Shown here piece by piece: positions 12,247-24,189 of a stretch of 64,000 bases of DNA (within the stretch, counting starts at the first letter, position 1; every line of letters begins with the position of its first letter). The position numbers and the translations under genes were made by a program. Under the pieces are notes generated by a model, which worked only from the letters and a program-made list of their open reading frames with translations, searched no databases and was not told the DNA's origin. The stretch is from assembly GCA_904063045.1 (NCBI GenBank), contig CAJFCJ010000054.1, forward strand, positions 1-64,000, read 5' to 3'. This DNA comes from Dimorphilus gyrociliatus. Lineage: Eukaryota > Animalia > Annelida.

Positions 12247-13853
12247 CAGTATAGGCAAAAAGTCCCCAGCCACCCTATAAAATTTTTAGTTTTGATATTA
12301 AGATATACAAAATAACTACTTTTAATTGGTAATAATAATGATTAATATGTATAAACTAATATCCTTTACAAAAAATTATCAAAAAATTGTTTTTCTTTTA
12401 TAAAATCCAGTTTTAGTAATTATATCTTGAAAAAAGGGGTTAGTTAAAAATGAGTCACTATCTAGTTAATCAAAAACTACCCTAGTATGCTAAGCTGCAT
12501 AAATCAAATAGGAAATTATCTTATGATAATTGTATCTTTGGTTATTCAAAAAAATGGTGGTCATTGATAAAGGAATTCATCGTTTGGTTGTTGAAAAACA
12601 CCAAGAAGGGCTATCATTGAATAAAATTGCCAAAATGCTAAATATTTTGAGGTTCAGTGCCCAAAATATCTGGAAAAAGTTTCAATTGCATCGTACAATT
12701 GAAGATTTACCCAAATGTGGCAGGCCACCCAAATTAAGTGAGTGGGATGAGAGAATATTATGCCTTATTTCTAGCAGAAATCCTTTCTGAGGATCAAAAA
12801 AAATTTTGTCAGCATCTAAATTAGCATCAGTAGTATCCCTATCTACTTGCAAGAATGTTTTAAGGAAACATAACTTGAGAGGCTATGTTGCAGCAAAAAA
12901 ACCCCTATTAAAAAAAAGGCATTTAATAAATAGGAGAAAGTTTTGTAAAAGACTCCTCTCTTGGAACAAAGAGCAAATTAATTCAATTGTGTTTTCAGAT
13001 GAGACAAGGATAGATTTATATCCAAAACACAGGCAGTTTGTCAGAAGGCCATATGCCATAAAAATGTTTAAAGAGGCAAATGGTTCCCTAAATATATGGG
13101 GTTTTATAAAAAGTGATGGCAGCAGAGGTATCCATTTATACAAAAGTAATTTAAATTCAGAAAAATATCAAGAAATTCTTGATAAATCTTTCCTAGAAAA
13201 TTACAATAGGGACCAAGTATTCATGCAGGATGGTGCTCCATGCCATACATCTAGGAGTACCTTAAGGTATCTAGATGAAAAGAACATAAGGCACTTGCAA
13301 GACTGGCCAGCCCAGAGTCCTGACCTAAATCCTATTGAAAATTTATGGTCATATCTAAAAGGAAGGGTTGGTAAACACATGTGTACAAATGTAGATGACC
13401 TATGGAGGGTAACAGAGCAAGAATTTGACAATATTCCAACTGAATATGTTAAAAATTGTTTAATAGTTTTTGAAAGAGGCTACAGCTGTGTCTTTTCAAT
13501 AAGGGTGGTCATACCAAGTATTAAAAAGGTTTAAAAGTATTATTACTATATTTTCATAAAATATTATAATAAGTCATGTGTATACATGGTAAAAGAGTGT
13601 CCTAAGGTAGATTTAATGTAAAATATTTAATTAAATAGATGGTGATTCATTTTTAACTAACCCCTTTTTTCAAGGTATAATTACTAAAACTGGATTTTAT
13701 AAAAGAAAAACAATTTTTTGATAATTTTTCATAAAGGATATTAGTTTATACATGTTAATCATTATTATTATCTATTAAAAGTAGTTATTCTATATATCTT
13801 AATATTGAAACTAAAAATTTTACAAGGTGGCTGGGGACTTTTTGCCTATACTG
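12247..13853 (+). mobile_element. Full-length Tc1 element (1607 bp) with ~225-bp TIRs and a disrupted DD35E transposase (~12554-13534)
   Basis: TA|CAGTATAGGCAAAAAGTCCCCAGCCACC ... GGTGGCTGGGGACTTTTTGCCTATACTG|TA; GRPPK, FSDET, QDGAPCH, WPAQSPDLNPIE; in-frame TGA at 12788-12790. Confidence 0.93.
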
Positions 13854-13867
13854 TATATACATATAAA

Positions 13868-14074
13868 GGGGTCGACAGAAAACGTCCACAAATGAGAAAT
13901 TTCAAGACAAAAATTTGGATTGAGAAATGGTTGGGAAGAAGAAGAGAGCAACTGATTTGTAATTAGGAGGGTCTCCTCTAAGGGTTAGGGGTAATGGAAA
14001 AGGTTAGGTACAGCTAAGGGCTGGGTTAGGGTTAGGGTAAAAGCACCAATTTGTGGACGTTTTCTGTCGCATCC
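13868..14074 (+). mobile_element. 207-bp Mutator-type MITE with TTAGGG tract (subfamily 1)
   Basis: 9-bp TSD ACATATAAA; TIR CGACAGAAAACGTCCACAAAT perfect on both ends; G4 motif at 14018-14037. Confidence 0.95.
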
Positions 14075-14084
14075 ACATATAAAG

Positions 14085-14140
14085 TAGTCCGCAAAAATTT
14101 TGGTACACTATAAATTTTAATAGGCCAAACTTTAAAAATC
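14085..14140 (+). repeat. Isolated Tc1-like terminal fragment, similar copy at ~17352-17410
   Basis: GTAGTCCGCA(A/T)AAATTTT.G.ACAC..TAAATTTT.ATAGGCCA shared. Confidence 0.4.
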
Positions 14141-14295
14141 CTTTTCACAAAGAAAGAAGTTTCTTTTTTTTATTTTTTCTGTCTTAAATATTAGATTAAA
14201 CATAGATATGTAGTCAATGAATGAGTAGCAGACGTAGGTTATAGCTATTTCCACCAACTTTACCAATACAATGCGTTAGAGTTTAAGGTATACTT

Positions 14296-14784
14296 TTACT
14301 GTATAGTGCAGGCAAGAGATTCAAGTCCATCACAAATTGTTTGAAATTTGCCTTTTCCTATTCTTGAATTGCTCAATAAATTAAGTTTAACTATTGAAGA
14401 ACACTGTTGTAGTGTGTCATCCAAGTTTTTACCATTGTCACTTGTTAATTTACAACTAGAAATATTGATTTTTTGCAAAGTTTTAGTAAATGATCTACAT
14501 GTTCCGCAAATAAACCAAAGAGCATGTTCCATTTTGTAATTTGATAATATATCAATATCTACTATGGAAGAGAATCCTCTTAATGTTCTGCCAAAGTATA
14601 CTCCTTGATATATTTCCAAATTACTATAACTAAGTTTGAATTGTTTCAGAGTGTTAGCAGATGAGACAAGTCCATTTAGATTCAGTCTAAAACCATTACC
14701 CATTTGCCAATTGAATGACAAATTTATACCCACTAAACACCTGCACTTTTTCATTATAATTATGAAAAGTAGTTCAAATTTCAT
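14296..14784 (-). pseudogene. RNI-like LRR fragment related to the NLR LRRs
   Basis: TLQKINISSCKLTSDNGKNLDDTLQQCSSIVKLNLLSNSRIGKGKFQTICDGL parallels repeats at 24273 and in the 35753 protein. Confidence 0.65.
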
Positions 14785-14926
14785 AGTAAATCCTTACCAA
14801 AGTGAAGGTTAACTTCAGTTTCTTCATTTATAAAACGGCTGTCATTTCATTTTTCAACATTGTCTTTATTTTTGTAGGTTCCATTAGTGTAATTTAAAAT
14901 AATAAAATTAAAAAAAGCCTATCTAT

Positions 14927-14980
14927 GGGTATGGTTTCATTTGGGTACGGTTTCACCCAGGTACAGTTTCACCCACTCCC
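14927..14980. repeat. Orphan Mutator/Phantom-type terminal array (GGGTACGGTTTCACC units); single unit also at ~30203
   Basis: Three tandem imperfect units ending ..CACTCCC. Confidence 0.45.
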
Positions 14981-15289
14981 ATAATGCTTATAGCTATCAG
15001 TGCAATACTAATTCAATACTACTCATCTATTGTGAAATAAAGCTTGCTATTGTAATACAGAAACCTTTTCCATATATCTTTTTATTTAGAAAGGAATACA
15101 AACCTGACACTCATTTAAGTAACACAATTTGCTGTACAGTCATTAATGAATAAATGAATTTTTATCCTACCTATATGTGTTTCAAGATGTGTCTTTTGGA
15201 GAAAATTATTATTTTGTCTATCTTTTTCAATATTACATAAATATAACTCATTGACAAAAAACAAACAATTTATATTTGTTATTTTAAAT

Positions 15290-15875
15290 TTGGCCTATGA
15301 AAATTGTTCCCACCCATACCTTACAGGCAATGGTATTGTTTAGCTTTTGTAGAAAATAGTATTGAGCTAGCTATACAGCTTTCTGACAAACGCTTCTTAG
15401 GAACTGACCTGTATTGATTTTTTTGTGGCTATAACCACATAACCTTTTATAGAAGCTGCTTCAAATGGATAACCATTGTTGTGAAAGCCTATCAGCCAGA
15501 ATCTCATACATAATACTTATCAATTATCAATATGAAATGTCCAAATATTCAAATCAGGAAAGAATTTAAATTCATGCTACTTTGCTTTAATTTAATCGCT
15601 TTCTTTTGCAGGCATCCAAAAATGATTCACAACCAGTATTAAATGAAGAAGCAAAGAAACATCAGGAAGTTATTGATAGTTTAAAATGCAAGCTTTGCTT
15701 TAGCAATATCGCAGATATTCTATTGCTTTCTTGCTATCATGTTATATGTTGCAAAGAATGCCTGCTCAATCTTACAACAGCAAAATGCCCCTATTGCAGA
15801 AAATTCATAAGGGGATATGTTGTCATCAAATCGGACCTTGACAAATTAAATTTTTGTTTTGCATCTGATAAATGA
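15290..15875 (+). pseudogene. IAP-like gene remnant: C-terminal RING-HC exon with a possible decayed BIR upstream
   Basis: After acceptor TTGCAG (~15611): CKLCFSNIADILLLSCYHVICCKECLLNLTTAKCPYCR; upstream GTDLY*FFCG..W..PESH..KCPNI contains stops. Confidence 0.6.
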
Positions 15876-16215
15876 AGAGAATTTTTGCAAAGTTTACTAG
15901 TTTCTTTCACATTTTAGTTACATTCTTGTGAGACTGTCACATTTCATCCAAATTAACCTTTGACTAATTTAACCTAATCTTGGGCAAATGATTGGAAAGG
16001 ACAAATACTGATCTGAACAAGAAGAATTCCTACAATTTCTATACAATAAAGTACAAGTTACAAAGAAAAATTTAAGCTAGATGTTCTTCCTTTTCTAATA
16101 TCACTCAATTTGAGGTAAGTTATTCTGGTGGTGTTTGATGATTTTTAGTGATTAATTGGAAGCATTTCTATTATACAGTCCGCGACAAAAATTTCCAAAT
16201 AATAATATAGATAAT

Positions 16216-17232
16216 GATCCTTATCTGGGGTTAGAACCTTGTTGTTGCCACCTAAGGCATAAACAACTGATAAGGAATTGTATAAAAGCAGGGCGTAGGT
16301 AGTAACAGGCATTCAGTCCTGAATCTACCCTCTTAGTGAAAAGGTCTAGTATTACTTTAGAGTACAGTTATATTATTCTTATGTTTTGGTTCTATAATCA
16401 TCCTTCCTCAATTCTACATCTCTCTTCTAAGTGGCTTACTCCTAATTCAGTTCTATTTGGACCAGTACTTACCTACAACCCCAGCAGGAAAGTACAAACT
16501 TGGCGCAGTTGACAGGATTCTAATCTTTTTTTTAAAATGGCTAGTGCTGGAAGTGATCCCTATACTAGTAGAACAAGTAAAGATGAAAAGAAAATCAGTG
16601 AGTATATGCTGAAATTGGAGGAATATATGGAAAAAGTAAAGAATTTGGGTGAAGCTGTTGATGGTGAATCTTTCATTACAAAACATGTGCAGTCTGGTTC
16701 ATTAACTCTTCCTGAAAACTCTTCTATGTATGGAAGTTCAAGTAGCCGCAAACCACAATCTGGTAGTTCAAGTGAGCCAATGTCTCAAGAAAGGAATAGG
16801 GGCAAGAGGACAACAGAACAGTTGGTAATGCAAATTACTTAATTGGAACATACCATAGCAAATTTACTCTTGGATGCTGGTGAAAGACCAAATACTATAT
16901 TGTTGAAACCATATTCTGGAAGAGAGGACAACTGGAATTTTAAAAGGAATTTCAGAACAGCTGCAGAAATAAGTTCATGGAATACTGAAGCAAAAAGAAT
17001 GTTAAGAAAGTACACTGTAGATAAAGCTAGACTGGTTGTTGAAAGACTTCCTCCTGAAGCATCAGAAAAATATATATGGGATGCCTTAGACTTTGAGTTT
17101 AACCCTCACCTAATTGTCTATAAAAGAGATGTTGAAAGGTTGAAGCAATTAACTGGTGAAACTGTAACAAGTTTTGCTGGGAGAGCAAGTGATCTTATTG
17201 AGAAATTCTTGCCTGGAAATAAAAATGATTAG
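16216..17232 (+). mobile_element. 5' end of a Gypsy LTR retrotransposon: LTR (16216-~16496), PBS (16501-16520), gag with one internal stop (16537-17232)
   Basis: LTR homologous to 26643-26941; PBS TGGCGCAGTTGACAGGATTC (tRNA-Ser-like 3' complement); gag motifs KPYSGREDNWNFKRNF..KQLTGETVTSFAGR. Confidence 0.85.
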
Positions 17233-17997
17233 CCTAAGGTGATTGAAAGGATAAGAGAAATAGGGGTTCGAACATACCTGAGTGCAAATGTACCCTTTTT
17301 TTCTTTATTATTTTTATGGATTTTTCATAAAATAATTTGGTTAGTGATGCACAGTAGTCCGCATAAATTTTCGCACACCCTAAATTTTGATAGGCCAGAT
17401 TTAAAATAACAAAAAAGAATGGCTTTTGGCAGAAAACTTATCCTCAGAATTCTCAAAGAATTTACCATTTGTTGTTCATTCACTGGCACTACGCCAACAT
17501 TAGCCAATGCTGTTTATCTCTATCATGGCATTTGGCCAAAAACCATTCTAACTTCCTAGTTATTAAAAATAGATATACTTATCACAATTTCCCCAAAATG
17601 TAGTTAATATAGAGAAACTTAATCTGAAGTAAATGTCTTTTGTCAGTTGTCAATGAGAAAAATATTAATCTTGGATACAATGACAGCTGCCAAAGAACAT
17701 TTTGAAACAGAGTTTAAAATATAAAGAGAATTGTGTATTGACAGTAAATTATGAATATATTTTATGTTCTTCAAAAAATTGTCTTCCCAAGGCTTGCAAA
17801 AAGTTTACAGAAAAAGTATGGTAATTTTTTTTTCTAATTTAAAATTTAATAAGTTTACAATTAATTTCAGAGTTCTTATTTAGAAAAAAAGGAAATTAAA
17901 CCTGTAATGACTCCTCATATTGAAATTCTGCAAATAATATTCCATTTTTTTACATTTTATTAGATGATCAATAGATGTTGACAACTAGCAAAACAGC

Positions 17998-18592
17998 TTA
18001 GGGTCAGAACGCCCCTGGTCAGTACGCCCCAGGTCAGAACGGCCCACTGATTTTTGAAGAACATAATATTTTTTGATGCTGTACTTATTGAATTAAAAAA
18101 AGTCAATTGAATATAAATTATATATGCATAATGTATTTTTTGTCTTAAAGTACAAAAGCTTAAACAAATATAATAAGTGATCACAAAAAAAGAAATAATT
18201 TTTCAAGCAATGTTCAAGTCAATTAAACCCTTTAAGAGATTATCTAAACTTAATTCTCTTTCTTCAAACTTCTTCCACAACTCAAAGATAATATCCTGCA
18301 AATCTTTATATTTATTCTTCTGATTCTGTCTCATTTTATTTTCCACCAACATATCCTCATAAACTTCAATAAGGCTGCTTTCTCTATGAAATTCAGTGAT
18401 AAGAGTATAAAAGTTTTCATTGCTTTCCAAATTTTGATTGATTCTTGTATGCCAAGACTCTACATGATTATTTGTATGAACTATTAATTCATAAACTGAC
18501 CAATTTTCTGGTTTCCAAATATTGCTTTCAATATAAGTAGATTCCATATACTCAAGAAGATCAGCATATAAATTCAGTTCCAAAAGTTCCTC
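17998..18592 (-). mobile_element. 3' remnant of a MULE/Phantom element with terminal array (GGTCAGAACGCCCC units, 17998-18048)
   Basis: YMESTYI..WSVYELIVHTNNHVESWH (catalytic E region); cut off where the next element begins at 18593. Confidence 0.8.
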
Positions 18593-21375
18593 GGGGTCGG
18601 GAAAAAACGTCCTTGGGAAAAAACGTCCCTGGGAAAAAACGTCCCAGGGCGGGAAAAAACGTCCTAATTGTTGGGAAAAAACGTCCTATGCCTGGCTAAA
18701 GATATACTTGGCATAATTATTTATACTTATAATCAGAAATGTTTTTCTCTTTGCTGTTTATTTCATTTATAGAATAAAATATTAATATTTTTGAAGAAAG
18801 GGATATGTATTGTGATGTTTTTACCAGTTTTCTCTGAATTATGTAATGCTATTAAAAGAGAAATGAGTTATTTCCTTGTCTTGTCTGTAAGTGAAAGATA
18901 AATTTTGCATTTCTTGGCATATTTTCAGGCTAATTTGTTTTTTAAGCATTGAAACTCTGGTATTGATTTAGTTTATTGAATATTACAAGATTATACATTT
19001 TTTAAGAACACTTCTTTCCAGTGAGTTATTATTTATAATTTTTGTATAGGCAGCCATATTTGATAGTTGAAAGTGAATTTATTTTTGCAGAAACTTAGTA
19101 ATGGCACCTGTTTGTATTAATTGTAATAAAAGATTTTATGGCAGACAGAGAAAGATGAAATGCAATGACTGCCAAGATTATGTCCATGCCAAATGCATCA
19201 AAGGTCTGTCTCTTTATATGTTTTTATTAAATTATTCACTTTTTTCATTTTCAATTTAGAATCTGAAAGAGTATTTTGCAATAATTGTGCAGAAAAATTC
19301 AGGATTCAAGAAACTACATGTTCACTTTGTCATCATATCTGTAAAGGTGATATTTACTATGTAAAACATACATTTATTTAACTTTGCTTAATATTACAGA
19401 AATGAAAGATGATAAGTGTTCTTCATGCAAAAGTTTGAGTGAAAGATATTGTCTCATTAGTTTATCAGATGTGATCAATGATGATCCTATTGTAAAAGCT
19501 GCTCTGAGTTGTACTCATAATAATATGGTTAAAGACAATTGTAGTCTTAAAGAAGTTAGCAATACTTCTAATATGGAGGAAAATTTATTGCATGAAAATG
19601 AAACTGAAAATAATGAGAATACGGAAAGCGCAGACAAATTTCATATTATTATTGGTGGAAGTCAAAAAGGGAAAGATATTTTGACCAACAATGGCTATGC
19701 TTTTAATATAAAATCTAGAAGTGACAAGAGAACCATCTGGAGATGTTCTGTTAGAAATAAGAATATTCAATGTCCAGTTATTATTCAACAAAAAGGAAAT
19801 ATTTTCATAAAGAGTAAACATGAACACAATCATAACAAAAGGAAAAGCCTTATTGTGAATATTTCTGCTAGAAAAGAATTGAGAGCAATCTGTAATGCAG
19901 ACATCAAGTCATCTGGAAGAGCAATTGCTGAAGATCTATTAATTAATTTAAATAAAAGTGAAAATAACCTACCAAAACTGGAAAATCTGAGGAGATTAGC
20001 CAATATCAATAGGCAAAAATCAAGGCCTAAAGAACCAAACGAAATTGATTTTGAACTTAATACAACATTTATACCAGATGATTTTCTTCAAAGTGATATT
20101 GTTGTAAGAAATCAAAGAGTTTTACTATTTGCTTCTAAGCACCAGCTGTCTTTATTATGTAAAAGTAAAGTATGGTATTTAGATGGCACTTTCAAGGCTG
20201 TGAAGGATCCATTTGTACAGCTTTTTTCTGTTCATTCTTTTATTAAAAATGATGGAGAAGCAAAACAAATTCCATTAGCATTTGCTTTTTTAACATCAAA
20301 GAAAAAAAAAGTGTACAAAATGATTCTTAAAGTAAGTATGATTTGGTTGCTTAATTCTGTTTCATTAACTTCATCTTATCAAAAGGAGATTCAAAAATTG
20401 ACAAATGATTTTCAACCTGACAAATTTGTAGTTGATTTTGAATTAGGTATATGGAGTGCTCTTAACTCAGTTTACCCTAATATTCCTATTCAAGGTTGTG
20501 TCTTCCATTGGACACAAGCTGTCTACAGAAAAATTCAAGTAAGCTTATATTTAAATTCAGTGGTTGGCCTTATTATTAAATTATTGTAGAATTTGGGATA
20601 CACACAACAATATAATATGGAAAAGAAGAAGGCAGGACTGCTGAAACAAGTTTTGGCATTACCTTTTCTTCCAGATGAAGCCATTCTAAACAGTTTCTAC
20701 ATGCTAAAAGATGAGGCCTTTGAGAGAAATGAATTTTTGGATTTTTTCCAATACATTGAAAGTACTTGGATTAAGCATTCAATTTGGACACCAAATTGTT
20801 GGTCTGTATTTGGTCTTGCCATCAGGACCAACAATGATGTTGAAGGATGGCACAGAAGAATAAATGAAAAGACTCCTGCAAAAGGGTCATTTTATATGCT
20901 CATAGATATTTTAAAACAGGAATCAAGTCTTATTCCAGTTGTAGAGAAACTTCTATCAGAAAAAAGGCTAAAGAAGTATCAGAAGAAAAGTGTCATCCAG
21001 AAGCAGAAGCAAGTATTTGCTGTTTGGGATGTCCTCTTGCAGAAGATTGCATTAATCTATTCAAAATAATTCTCAGTGTCTTAACATACTTTATACTTTA
21101 TTCTAGTAACTTTTAAACTTTGTATAACATTCTTAGCTTTTTTCATTTTTAATACATTTTAATAAACATATATTCATTATTAATTATTATATTCTCAGTA
21201 TATTGCCATTGGTTCCCAAAATAGAGCAATCTTTTTTAAAATTCTAATATCTTTTCCCACTACTTGTTTTTCCCAACCTTGGGACATTTTTTCCTAACCT
21301 TGGGATGTTTTTTCCCACACTGGGACGTTTTTTCCCAGGGACGTTTTTTCCCAAGGACGTTTTTTCCCATACTCC
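18593..21375 (+). mobile_element. Phantom-like Mutator element with foldback-type TIRs (GGGAAAAAACGTCC arrays)
   Basis: Left GGGGTCGGGAAAAAACGTCC.. (18593-18690) and inverted right array ending ..CCCATACTCC (21250-21375); no TSD recovered. Confidence 0.9.
19101..21069 (+). CDS. PHD-FLYWCH-MULE DDE transposase; exons 19101-19203, 19260-19346, 19400-20331, 20386-20538, 20590-21069
   Basis: Manual splicing gives an open frame: C4HC3 finger CINC..CNDC..HAKC..CNNC; FLYWCH; WYLDGTFK, VVDFE, GCVFHW, NNDVEGWH; all introns GT-AG. Confidence 0.88.
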
Positions 21376-21882
21376 TTTTTCAGTACCCTAATCAAGAGAG
21401 AATGTGCAAGAATCCAAGGTCATCTTTGATTGATGAAATATTTAAATGATGTTAATGAATGCTCACCAAAAAAAGAATGAAACAGTTGCCAATTAAGTTG
21501 ATTGTAGGAGTTATTACCATTACACTAATGGTGTGGCCTGACCTCAACATTATCCAACTGGATACTTTTCCCATCAATCATTAAGTTGATATTTAATATC
21601 TTCTTTCCTGAATATTTTTTAATGTCTACTAGTTTTTATTAAAAAAAATAATTTCTGCCAATTTGTCTTTTATTATCAGTATACTTTCTACTTTGAGTAG
21701 AACCAGTGATGTTATAACTTGCAAACACATATAGAATATAGTACACAATGCTATTGTTAAGCTTGAATGTTCAATTAGCTTGGAATCTAGTCAAGATACA
21801 GATTGTTTGGTTGTACTCAACAATTTTAAATAGAAAATCATAAAGTCTACTGTCTAAAAAGCATACAATATGTCAAAAAAAA

Positions 21883-24179
21883 GAATATGGTTAAAAGGGT
21901 CCGCAATTGAAAGGGTCCACAGTTGAAAAGGTCCGCAAGCTGATTGAAAGGCCCAAATTCATGATTTAACCCTAACCCTAACCTAGCCCTTGTCTCTCCT
22001 TAACCTTTTTGATTGCTCCTAACCCTTAGATGGAACCCCCCTAACTATAAATCAAAAGCTACTTTACCCCTCCTAACCATTTTTCAATCCGAAATGTTGC
22101 TTTCAAAAATCTCATTTGGGGACGTTTTCTGTCCGCCCCGTTAAGAAGATGTGACAAAAAGGAATTTGAAGCTAAACAAACAGTTTCTGACAATGAAATG
22201 ATTGATTCTCTTCTCACAAGTGATGAAATAGCTGATGAAAACCATCCTCAAGAAGATTTGGAAGACCACAAGATTGGCACATATTTTTATACTGATGTAC
22301 CTATTGCAAAAGATATTACAGTTGTTTCACAAAGAGAAGGAAGTGTCATTGAAGAAATTGCTGCAAATGTACAATCAAATGAGGACACAAACATGAATGT
22401 GTGAACTTTAAGTGAAAACATGATAAATTAATAAATTAATATACATTTCTATTTTTAACAGATTGATGAAAGTTCATTTGAAGATGTGGAAGAGAGTATT
22501 TTGCTGACTGATGGATCTTTTGAAATATTTGAAAATGGAAGTCAAAAAGGAAAACCTCTGCTTCTTCATAATGGATTTTCATATACAGTTAAACAAACAA
22601 GAAAATGTAATCGAATTTGGAAATGTAGTGGCAAAAATAAAAAAAGAAAATGTCCTGGAAGTGTTAATGAAAATGGTGGTAACTTTACATTAGGCTCTAA
22701 ACCTCACAATCATTCACCAAAGAAAAATCTAAAGCAAATTACAAAAATGAAAGTGCAAATAAAAAAAAGAGCAGAATCAGAAAAAAAGACATCTGCATTG
22801 AGAATTGTGGAAGATGCCTATATTCAACAAGATATTGTGTCAAATTTTCCAAAAATTACAAATTGCAAGCAGGTTGTTAATTACCACAGAAGAAAAAACC
22901 AACCAAAAGAACCAGAATCCTTGACATTTTTACTTAATCACTCCTTTATTGCTGATGGTTTCCTTCAATGTGATTTATTACATCAAAATGAAAGAGTGTT
23001 AATTTTTGCAACAGCAAAACAATTAAAACTATTATCATCATCAAAGATTTGGTATATGGATGGCACCTTTAAAGTTGTCAATCAACCATTCAAGCAAATG
23101 TTTTCAATCCATAGTTTTTTGAAAAAAGATGGAGAAATAAAACAAGTTCCATTGCTTTTTGCTCTGCTTTCTTTCCAAAAAGAGAGCAGCATACTCACTT
23201 TTGTTCAAAGTATGTTTTCAAATGATATTGAATACATGTAAGATTAACCTTTTCCTTTTTCATCAGAATGTAAAAGAATTGATTGGTGATTATTCACCCA
23301 AAACCATAAGAATGGATTTTTAGAAGGCACTTTGGAAAGCAGTCTCAAAATTGTTTCCTGCAGCTAAATCAAAAGGTTGTTTATTCCATTGGAGCCAAGC
23401 AGTCTTCAGAAAAATTCAAGTGATATTGAAAATTAATAATAAAATGTATAATATTAATTTTTTTGTTTGTTTCAAAGGAACTAGGATATGCATCAGATTA
23501 CAAAAATCACACAGGTCAATATGCTGAAATGAGAACTTTAATGGCTTTGCCATTTCTACCTCCAAATATCATTCCACAGGAATTTAACAAAATAAAAGAG
23601 TACTTTAATAGCATTAGGAAACTAGGTGATTTGATTAATTATATAGAAAACACATGGATAGATACTTATATATGGCCACCTTCTTCATGGTCTGTTTTTG
23701 ATGTTGCTATAAGAACCAACAATGATGTGGAAGGTTTTCCTAACAGATTGAATTTAAATGTTGGAAACAGCAAATCATTTTATAATCTTCTAGATGAGTT
23801 AAAAAGAGAAGCTGATCTTGTGCCAGTAATACAAAAAATGCTGTCTGAAAAAAAATTGATTTATGTAAATCTGCAAAAGAAGATTTTTGATATATGGGAA
23901 AATTTCAAAATTGGGCACATAACATGTTCAGAAGTCTTAGATATTTGTTCCAAGTTATACTTTTCAAATTGACATAAATTTAATCAACAAATTTTCATTT
24001 ACTTTATCAGTTTGAAACAAAATAAATTATTACAAATTAGCCATTCGTTATCTTTTTCATTTCTTTTCTTTTTTTATGATTTCATAAGAAAAAACATTTT
24101 CAAGTCTTTTTACTTTTCTTGCGGACCCTTTCAATCAGCCTGTGGACCCTTTCAATTGCGGACCCTTTCAACCGGTTCC
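21883..24179 (+). mobile_element. Defective Phantom-like Mutator element (GAAAGGGTCCGCAATT arrays) with inactivated transposase
   Basis: Inverted arrays at both ends; 9-bp TSD CAAAAAAAA; FLYWCH and WYMDGTFK; frameshift near 23180; MDF*KAL stop; TNNDVEGF; N-terminal exons missing. Confidence 0.88.
21955..22139 (-). mobile_element. TTAGGG-MITE body with one TIR, embedded in the left end of the 21883 element
   Basis: AACCCTAACCCTAACCTAGCCC and ..GGACGTTTTCTGTCCGCCCC; directly abuts transposase coding sequence at 22140. Confidence 0.8.
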
Positions 24180-24189
24180 CAAAAAAAAG

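Noticed and set aside
12883-13431. Minus-strand ORFs within Tc1, and ORFs 11234 and 19585 opposite the MULE genes
   Set aside because: Antisense shadows of transposase genes
18593-18690. Short direct repeats resembling a CRISPR array
   Set aside because: Units are ~16-20 bp with no unique spacers, have an inverted counterpart at 21250-21375, and no cas genes are present; these are transposon termini
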